A stretch of DNA of 64,000 nucleotides, from contig JAKLGJ010000001.1 of assembly GCA_022710715.1 (NCBI GenBank), positions 234,041-298,040 on the forward strand. The letters are read 5' to 3'. Origin of the DNA: Candidatus Omnitrophota bacterium. GTDB lineage: Bacteria; Omnitrophota; Gorgyraeia; Gygaellales; Profunditerraquicolaceae. A model generated the notes under the pieces. The model worked only from the letters and a program-made list of their open reading frames with translations. It had not been told where the DNA came from and searched no databases. Both the position numbers and the translations under genes were made by a program. This document shows positions 58,282 through 64,000 of the stretch, one piece after another (the stretch's first letter is position 1; each line of letters begins with the position of its first letter).

Positions 58282-59827
58282 AATGCGCAGTGCGCACGCG
58301 GTTATGGTGTTGAGTCTGGTTTTTCTCTTTCTGGCGTTCGCGCGGTTACAGGACCCGGAGCTCGATCATGGCGATGAATATGCCGATGCCGATGTGCTGC
58401 TTGCCGGCCAGAATTTCGTAAAACTGGGTTTTATCCAGACGCGCCTCCTGCCGGTATTCGATGTGCAGGAACCGGCGTATACGCATTATCCGCCCCTGCC
58501 CGAGATCACCAACGGAGTGTTGCAGCATATCTGGCCGGGTAATCTGGCGTTGTTTCGCCTGTTTGCCGTGATCTTCGCTTTCCTGAATATGCTCTTCTGG
58601 TTCTTTTTTACCCGGCGTATTTCCGGATCGGTGATCTTTGCTCTGATCGCCGGATTGTTCTACATCACCAATCCGTATTTCCTTTACGGGATGGATTCTT
58701 TGCAGCAGCTTTCTTATTCGGACTGTCTGCGGTCGTTGATCCTGCTGGTATTCGTGAGCATGCCGCAGGCGGGCCGGGGGAAGAAAGGGTGGCTGGCGCT
58801 GTTATGGGCACTGCTTTTTATCCAGTCCCTTGTCGGATTCGAGTACATTGTTTATCTCGCCCTGTTCATGGCTATCCTGGGCCGGGCGCTCAAGGAATTC
58901 CGTAAAAACGTTACCGCGCGGGAATGGATGATTCTGGCCGGCGCTTCGGTCGCCGGGGTCGGGCTTCATTTTCTGCAGAATGTCTGGTATTTCGGCAGCA
59001 TCGGTACGGCGCTGGCTGATTTCGCGGGGCGGGCCGTGTATCGTTCTGTTTCCCTGCCGCTGGATGGCCCGGCGGGTTTCAATCTTTTTAACTGGTTCCG
59101 GCTGGTCATTCTGCGGAATTTCTTCCTGGTGTTCATGTTCGGATTTTCCTTGCTGGCGGTGGGCGGTTACTGCGGGTACCTGTTATATAAGGGGCTGAAT
59201 ACTTCTGTTCGCCGGAAGATCCGCGACGTATTCAAACTTGCGGGAATATTCGGTATCTGCGGGATAACCTGGTATGTGATTTTTCCTTCGCATTCGTATG
59301 CCCACACCTATGTCCGGTTTCTCACCCGGCATCTGGTTCCCATGGCTTCGATCGGCTTCGCCGGTTTTTTCTACCTTTTGTTCGAATACATCAATGCCCG
59401 GGTGCAGCGCGCAACTATTCTTAAGGTGATCGGCGGGGCATTCGTAGCCGCGATTTGCCTGATCGGCCTTGCCCAGAGTGAGCTGCCGGTTACGGCGGAC
59501 CGGTTGCTGCGGGTCGAACAATTCAAAATTTTCAAAGAAAGTCTGCTGGAATTGAAAAGCGCGAGCGCAGCGGATGCCGTGATAGGCGTCAATTATTATC
59601 GCTATCCGTTCATCCGTTATTATACCGACCGGAGCGTAAAGATCGTTTTCGACAAGCAAACGCTGGAGAGCCTGCCGCGCCTGCCGGATTATTTTATCTT
59701 CATATTCTACGATAATGACGGCGCGCGCGCGTTCTTTGAAACGCTCAAACAGCAGTATCAACCTAAATTGCAGTGTAAATCGATGATCTTTCCCAGCGTC
59801 ATTATGGAGCGCAAGCAGCATGAATGA
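58274..59827 (+). CDS. Polytopic membrane protein, putative GT-C-fold glycosyltransferase (ArnT/PMT-like architecture).
   Basis: At least ten predicted TM helices. The first loop carries an acidic motif (DPELDHGDEYADAD) as in GT-C enzymes. A C-terminal soluble domain follows. The track ORF starts at 58232. Confidence 0.4.
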   Translation: MSKMRSAHAVMVLSLVFLFLAFARLQDPELDHGDEYADADVLLAGQNFVKLGFIQTRLLPVFDVQEPAYTHYPPLPEITNGVLQHIWPGNLALFRLFAVIFAFLNMLFWFFFTRRISGSVIFALIAGLFYITNPYFLYGMDSLQQLSYSDCLRSLILLVFVSMPQAGRGKKGWLALLWALLFIQSLVGFEYIVYLALFMAILGRALKEFRKNVTAREWMILAGASVAGVGLHFLQNVWYFGSIGTALADFAGRAVYRSVSLPLDGPAGFNLFNWFRLVILRNFFLVFMFGFSLLAVGGYCGYLLYKGLNTSVRRKIRDVFKLAGIFGICGITWYVIFPSHSYAHTYVRFLTRHLVPMASIGFAGFFYLLFEYINARVQRATILKVIGGAFVAAICLIGLAQSELPVTADRLLRVEQFKIFKESLLELKSASAADAVIGVNYYRYPFIRYYTDRSVKIVFDKQTLESLPRLPDYFIFIFYDNDGARAFFETLKQQYQPKLQCKSMIFPSVIMERKQHE

Positions 59828-60773
59828 TCCGGTCAGTATCATCATTGCCGTCAAGAACGGCGCGGCAACGCTGGTTCCCTGCCTGGATTCGGTGCTGCGG
59901 CTGGAGTATCCCGCGTTCGAGGTGATCGTTGTCGACGACGGGTCGACTGATCGCACGCCGGAGATACTCCGGGGTTACGCGCAGAGGATCAAGGTGATTA
60001 CGTTCGAGAAAAGCGCCGGGCCTTCGGCGGCGCGCAATCAGGCTGCGGCGCAAGCCAGGGGCGATTTTGTGGCTTTTACCGACGCGGATTGCATCGTGGC
60101 CCCGGATTGGCTTACTCGGCTGGTGGAGGCTTTGCGCGAGAAGCCGGAAGCGGTCTCTTGCGGCGGGTTACAGCTGGTTCCTGAACAAGCCGCGCTTTTC
60201 GAAAAACAGGTATTCGCCTTCATGTCCCGGGCCGGGATCATTACCGATTACGTTAAACCGGCGCGCGGCCGGGCGGCGTATCCGGTGCGCCATAACCCTT
60301 CGTGCAATTCTCTGTACCGCAGGCAGGTTTTTCTCGACGCCGGCGGCTTTCAGGAAGGTTTGTGGCCGGGGGAGGATGTAGAGCTGGATTATCGTTTGTG
60401 CCGCCGGGGGCTACTATTGTTATTCAATCCTCTGGCAGTGGTATACCATCATCGTCCCGCGGCGCTGCCGGCTTTTCGGCGGATGATGCGGCGTTACGGT
60501 TGGGCTCAAGCGGTTGTAGTCAAACACTACGGTCCGTTCCGCAGCATACATTTTTTGCCGGCAGTTTGCCTGACCGCGCTGTTGGGTTTTATAGCTTTGT
60601 TGTTCTGGGATCGGCTTGCGGCGCTCGGCGCGCTTCTGCTGACCGTGGCCGCGCTTGGCCTGTATCTGCGCGATGCGGCGACCTTCCGGCTGGTTTTGTG
60701 GGCATTGATTTCATGGCATGCCGGGTTCGTGCAGGGTTTGTTTTCGCAAAAAGCATTAGACAAAAAACCCTGA
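59820..60773 (+). CDS. GT2 glycosyltransferase with a C-terminal TM domain.
   Basis: VSIIIAVKNGA...VIVVDDGSTDRT...FTDADC motifs. Two or three C-terminal TM helices. Confidence 0.75.
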   Translation: MNDPVSIIIAVKNGAATLVPCLDSVLRLEYPAFEVIVVDDGSTDRTPEILRGYAQRIKVITFEKSAGPSAARNQAAAQARGDFVAFTDADCIVAPDWLTRLVEALREKPEAVSCGGLQLVPEQAALFEKQVFAFMSRAGIITDYVKPARGRAAYPVRHNPSCNSLYRRQVFLDAGGFQEGLWPGEDVELDYRLCRRGLLLLFNPLAVVYHHRPAALPAFRRMMRRYGWAQAVVVKHYGPFRSIHFLPAVCLTALLGFIALLFWDRLAALGALLLTVAALGLYLRDAATFRLVLWALISWHAGFVQGLFSQKALDKKP

Positions 60774-60804
60774 TGTGTATACAATAGAAGTCTTGAACGA
60801 AAAT

Positions 60805-60886
60805 AGATTCTTCCCGGTCGCATCCGCGGCCCGGGATGAAAAGTTCTCTCTATAGATAGTTATAAAACTTTTCAGGGGCTGTAGCT
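60805..60886 (+). repeat. Direct repeat copy 1 (82 bp), identical to the tRNA-Ala promoter/5' region except one mismatch.
   Basis: AGATTCTTCCCGGTCGCATCCGCGGCCCGGGATGAAAAGTTCTCTCTATAGATAGTTATAAAACTTTTCAGGGGCTGTAGCT. Copy 2 lies at 60989-61070 and continues into the tRNA. Confidence 0.9.
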
Positions 60887-60988
60887 TCCCGCTCATAGCC
60901 TAGTCATAGCGGCGGGACTCCGCTCCAGATATAGACTCACGGAGCTTCGCAGTTGGGCTTGCGCCCAACTTCGCTCCAGAAAACTAAC

Positions 60989-61070
60989 AGATTCCTCCCG
61001 GTCGCATCCGCGGCCCGGGATGAAAAGTTCTCTCTATAGATAGTTATAAAACTTTTCAGGGGCTGTAGCT
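60989..61070 (+). repeat. Direct repeat copy 2 (82 bp), comprising the promoter region plus the first 12 nt of tRNA-Ala.
   Basis: 81 of 82 nt match copy 1. It contains -35-like ATGAAA and -10 TATAAA about 8 nt upstream of the tRNA 5' end. Confidence 0.9.
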
Positions 61071-61134
61071 CAGTTGGGAGAGCACCTCGTTCGCAACGAG
61101 GGGGTCAGGGGTTCGACTCCCCTCAGCTCCACCA
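61059..61134 (+). tRNA. tRNA-Ala (anticodon CGC).
   Basis: The cloverleaf can be drawn by hand. The acceptor stem GGGGCUG/CAGCUCC has the G3:U70 alanine identity pair. Anticodon loop UUCGCAA. T-loop GGTTCGACTCC. The 3' CCA is encoded. Confidence 0.9.
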
Positions 61135-61140
61135 GATAAA

Positions 61141-61180
61141 AAATCCCCTCAAGGATAGTTTTTCCCTTGAGGGGATTTTC
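61141..61180 (+). terminator. Rho-independent terminator after tRNA-Ala.
   Basis: AAATCCCCTCAAGG...CCCTTGAGGGGATTT hairpin with a U-rich 3' side. Confidence 0.7.
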
Positions 61181-61210
61181 GGCTTAGCACCTTCTTTTTT
61201 TCGCGTAACC

Positions 61211-61239
61211 TTGAAAATCCGGCTTTTATATGCTATATT
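61211..61239 (+). promoter_or_regulatory. Sigma70-like promoter upstream of the terminal large ORF.
   Basis: TTGAAA, a 17-nt spacer, then TATATT. Confidence 0.45.
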
Positions 61240-61270
61240 TTACGGTATCAGGGAATGTTTTACGTAATCG

Positions 61271-61318
61271 CCACGGATCTTAAAGTCAACCGGCTTTAAG
61301 TACCGTGGAATTTTTTTT
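61271..61318 (+). promoter_or_regulatory. Terminator-like hairpin plus U-tract inside the 5' leader; possible attenuator or riboswitch expression platform.
   Basis: CCACGGATCTTAAAG-TCAACCGG-CTTTAAGTACCGTGG followed by AATTTTTTTTG. It lies between the predicted promoter and the GTG start at 61396. Confidence 0.4.
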
Positions 61319-61395
61319 GTGGGAAAAAGTGAAGTTTCGGAAAGATTTTATTAACGGGGATAACGGGGGGAGAGACCATACGATGGAGGAATAAA

Positions 61396-64000
61396 GTGAG
61401 AAAGTTAATTTCCCTGACCGTTATCTTTTGCCTTGTTTTCGAACAAAGCGGCTTTGCCCAGGTAGCTCCCCAGATCAACATTCCCGCCTATCTCAACGGC
61501 TATCTCTCGCCTGATCGTTTCCGGCCGGTTCATTTAAGGTCTCTTTCATTTGACCAGACCACGCATAATTTCAATCTTCTGCTCGATCAGGGCGATACAA
61601 AAAAGATCCCCGCCCGTCAGCTTGAAGAAACCACCCGCAGCTTATTTCAATACTTTCAGATCGGCCTGGCTTTGCCTAACAGCATGTTCTGGGTCAATCT
61701 GCGTCCGGACGATCCCGCAAATGTCATCGATCCATGGCTGGAAAAAACCGACCTGGGCAAAGTGCTGCTGGAAGCCGATCTGCAGCTCAAGAAAGATATC
61801 GCCGCGCTGACCTCGCCTGATACCCTGCTGGGTAAGAAATACTGGGAGAGATTGTACGCTAAAGCCGAATTACTGTTCGGCCAGGCCGATGTAAGTATTC
61901 CTACCATCAGCCGTCCCTGGATCGTGCCCGGAGAGATCATTCTGGCCCAATCCCGGGACAGCGCTTATGTTTATAAAGCCACCTTGAAAGTCATGCTGGA
62001 GCAGGATTATATCAAGGACGCGCCGGGTTACAACTCTAACGATCCCCGCCTCAAAGAACTCAATCTGTATTCCGCACAATTGATTCGAGAACTTATTCTG
62101 CCTCAATTGACCCGCGAGGTCAATTCAGCGAAGAAATATGCCGGGCTGCGTCAGGTTTATTATTCGCTCATCCTGGCCCAGTGGTTCAAACAGCAGAACA
62201 AAACCGCTGCCAGAGAGAGTAAAGATCTGACCGGTTTGACCTCAACAGAATCCTGGTCCAGGCAAACCTACTATCAGGCCTACAAGAATTCATTCGAGAG
62301 AGGGGAATATAATAAGGAAGTGGCGGTTCGCACCGGCCAGGGACTGGTGATACGCAGGTATTTCAGCGGGGGCATCAAGCCGGTTCCCGTACTCTTGGGG
62401 CCGAAGAATGTCACGGTGGTGCCTCTGAATCCGGCGATCAGCGATCAATTGCGCCGCGCGGATCAGGTGGTAAATACCGCAACCGGCGATCTCACGGTCA
62501 AAGTTTCTCTGCTGCCGGTTTCTGCCAGCCTGCAATCGGGAGAAACCGAAAATCCGGACGGCGGAATACGCGCTTCATATCTGAATACCAAACAGAAGAT
62601 AGGCTGGACGGCGTCGACTCTCCTGGGCATGGGGGTGGCTTTGACTATCGGCCGCGTATTCATGGATTGGTGGCTTTCTCCCGCAGCCCTTGACGCCGCA
62701 GCCGTTCCTTTCGTTCACGCATATTATGCATTTCTGGCCATTGCCGGCATCGAGATCGGTTCGGGATTAGGGCTCGCGTACCTCCTGGGTAGTTATCTGG
62801 AGAAACGCTGGTCGCCCTGGGCGCAGATGACCCCGGAAGAGAAAACGGCGCTTCTGGACAGAACGATCTCATCTCTGGAAAAAGACAACGACGGCGGCAG
62901 GGTGGCGGATGCGGGCCGCGAGATGTTCAAAATGCTGATACCCGCTAGAGATAATGCGGTTATTCCGACCATCGCCGGAATGTCGCTATTCGGTCTGGGC
63001 ATACTCGCCTTGACTAAAAGTCTATTCTTTGCTGTTCCGCTGGTGGTAGTTGCATTATATGCCGGATGGGCAGTGGGTACATTGATAATTAATTATACTT
63101 ATTCCAGTGCTATCCGGGAAATAAAGGATAAGGAAACGAAAAAAGTGGAAGTTCCGGTGGAAACAGTTCAAGATACGCAGCAGAATCTGAAGGCCCCAAA
63201 AGTCGAAGCTCCTGTGGAAAGAGTTGTGGATGAAGCCAAGCAGTATGGAGCGATCAGCGCAGGGTTTGATCTGGTGGAAGCGCATACGGTGCTTATCGGC
63301 GTGGTGCAGGAAAAGCTGGATCGCGCGCAGAACATCCCGATCCCGTATTTCGGAATGGCCTTCGCGCAAGTGTTGCAGGCGCACATGATGGAGATGATGC
63401 CCATGGGCAAACGCATGGAGAACTATCTGCTGCGGCATCTCAATCCTTCCTATGAAGATTTCGAGGAATTCAACAGCCGGTCGGCAAACGACCTGCTCAA
63501 GTATGCCGAGCTGGTGACCGGGAATCTTCAGGCTATGCTGCAATCTGAAGAAGATGATCCGGCAAGCGTCGAGAAGATATCGCAAGCCATCGGCAAGGCG
63601 ACAGCCGCTCAAACCGTGCTCCGGGAGTACGTCGCGCTTGCGCAGGGCGCGCCCGCTGCCGCAGCGCAGGACCAGGACGGCGGGTTGATACAGTCCATCG
63701 ACGCATCCTATAAGCTGGAAGCGGACGTGCACAGGATGCGGGCGATCTGGAGGGACCGCATCCGCCATATCGAGAATGCGATAGAATTGTTGAGGGAGAT
63801 TACTTTTGACGACGACGGGGTGCTGGGCAACGGCGAGAAACGCGAAACCGAGATCAAGAGGCTTCAGACCATTCTGGACGCTACCCGCGTTCAGCTCGAA
63901 GACAGCGATGATGCGCTGGTGCATATATGGACGGAAAGGGATAAACTCAAAGCGAAATCGAAGAATGCGTCCCGGGGCGGCGCAAAGGAGGATGCGGCTA
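61396..64000 (+). CDS. Large secreted/membrane protein of unknown function. The 3' end is outside the window. Probable GTG start.
   Basis: Frame 1 is open from 61396 to the window end, at least 868 codons, and is not in the ORF track because it has no in-window stop. GGAGGA ribosome-binding site 5 nt upstream of the GTG. N-terminal signal peptide (VRKLISLTVIFCLVFEQSGFAQ). A long soluble region is followed by three hydrophobic segments and a charged, coiled-coil-like C-terminal region. Confidence 0.55.
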   Translation, partial: MRKLISLTVIFCLVFEQSGFAQVAPQINIPAYLNGYLSPDRFRPVHLRSLSFDQTTHNFNLLLDQGDTKKIPARQLEETTRSLFQYFQIGLALPNSMFWVNLRPDDPANVIDPWLEKTDLGKVLLEADLQLKKDIAALTSPDTLLGKKYWERLYAKAELLFGQADVSIPTISRPWIVPGEIILAQSRDSAYVYKATLKVMLEQDYIKDAPGYNSNDPRLKELNLYSAQLIRELILPQLTREVNSAKKYAGLRQVYYSLILAQWFKQQNKTAARESKDLTGLTSTESWSRQTYYQAYKNSFERGEYNKEVAVRTGQGLVIRRYFSGGIKPVPVLLGPKNVTVVPLNPAISDQLRRADQVVNTATGDLTVKVSLLPVSASLQSGETENPDGGIRASYLNTKQKIGWTASTLLGMGVALTIGRVFMDWWLSPAALDAAAVPFVHAYYAFLAIAGIEIGSGLGLAYLLGSYLEKRWSPWAQMTPEEKTALLDRTISSLEKDNDGGRVADAGREMFKMLIPARDNAVIPTIAGMSLFGLGILALTKSLFFAVPLVVVALYAGWAVGTLIINYTYSSAIREIKDKETKKVEVPVETVQDTQQNLKAPKVEAPVERVVDEAKQYGAISAGFDLVEAHTVLIGVVQEKLDRAQNIPIPYFGMAFAQVLQAHMMEMMPMGKRMENYLLRHLNPSYEDFEEFNSRSANDLLKYAELVTGNLQAMLQSEEDDPASVEKISQAIGKATAAQTVLREYVALAQGAPAAAAQDQDGGLIQSIDASYKLEADVHRMRAIWRDRIRHIENAIELLREITFDDDGVLGNGEKRETEIKRLQTILDATRVQLEDSDDALVHIWTERDKLKAKSKNASRGGAKEDAA

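Noticed and set aside
60805-61070. Pair of 82-bp direct repeats, considered as a CRISPR fragment or as IS terminal repeats.
   Set aside because: There are only two copies, in direct rather than inverted orientation. They are separated by unique DNA with no transposase or cas genes nearby. The second copy is simply the tRNA promoter and 5' end. I report it as a local duplication instead.

Overview
The window reads as a high-GC bacterial chromosome segment, probably Gram-negative, since it encodes SurA, a PilQ secretin and an ExbB/ExbD motor. Every gene I can support lies on the + strand; the long minus-strand ORFs in the track all sit antisense inside + strand genes and I treat them as shadows. 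Gene order: the 3' part of mfd; surA-pdxA-rsmA; pgk-tpiA-secG; a five-gene Opp/Dpp-type ABC peptide transporter; rplM-rpsI; a contiguous argCJBDFGH arginine operon; two co-translated secreted proteins of unknown function (one with 18-bp tandem repeats, one cysteine-rich); a lysine cluster using the aminotransferase route (lysA-dapF-dapA-dapB-M42 peptidase-dapL); folK; panC; nadX-like aspartate dehydrogenase; a tiny lysine-rich internally duplicated protein; uvrA; a long TPR protein with exbB/exbD-like genes; several small hypotheticals. The accessory part is a complete type IV pilus assembly locus: an AT-rich promoter island, an excisionase-type HTH gene, a pilM-pilN fusion, pilO, pilP, pilQ, pilB, pilC, three pilin paralogs and two minor pilins, with a PilX-like gene just upstream. 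Immediately downstream of the pilins is a gene for an STT3/AglB/PglB-family oligosaccharyltransferase carrying a WWDYG motif. It is followed by a glycan-biosynthesis module: three DPM1-like GT2 enzymes, a GT9, a second putative GT-C membrane protein, two radical SAM/SPASM proteins and an orphan TPP-dependent E1 alpha/beta pair. My main hypothesis is that this locus N-glycosylates type IV pilins in the archaeal style; all five prepilin-like proteins carry N-x-S/T sequons near their C-termini. The window ends with a tRNA-Ala(CGC) whose promoter and 5' end are duplicated as an 82-bp direct repeat, then a terminator-like hairpin in a 5' leader, then a GTG-initiated ORF of at least 860 codons that runs off the window and is absent from the ORF track. 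I found no CRISPR array, rRNA, transposase, integrase or recognisable defence genes.
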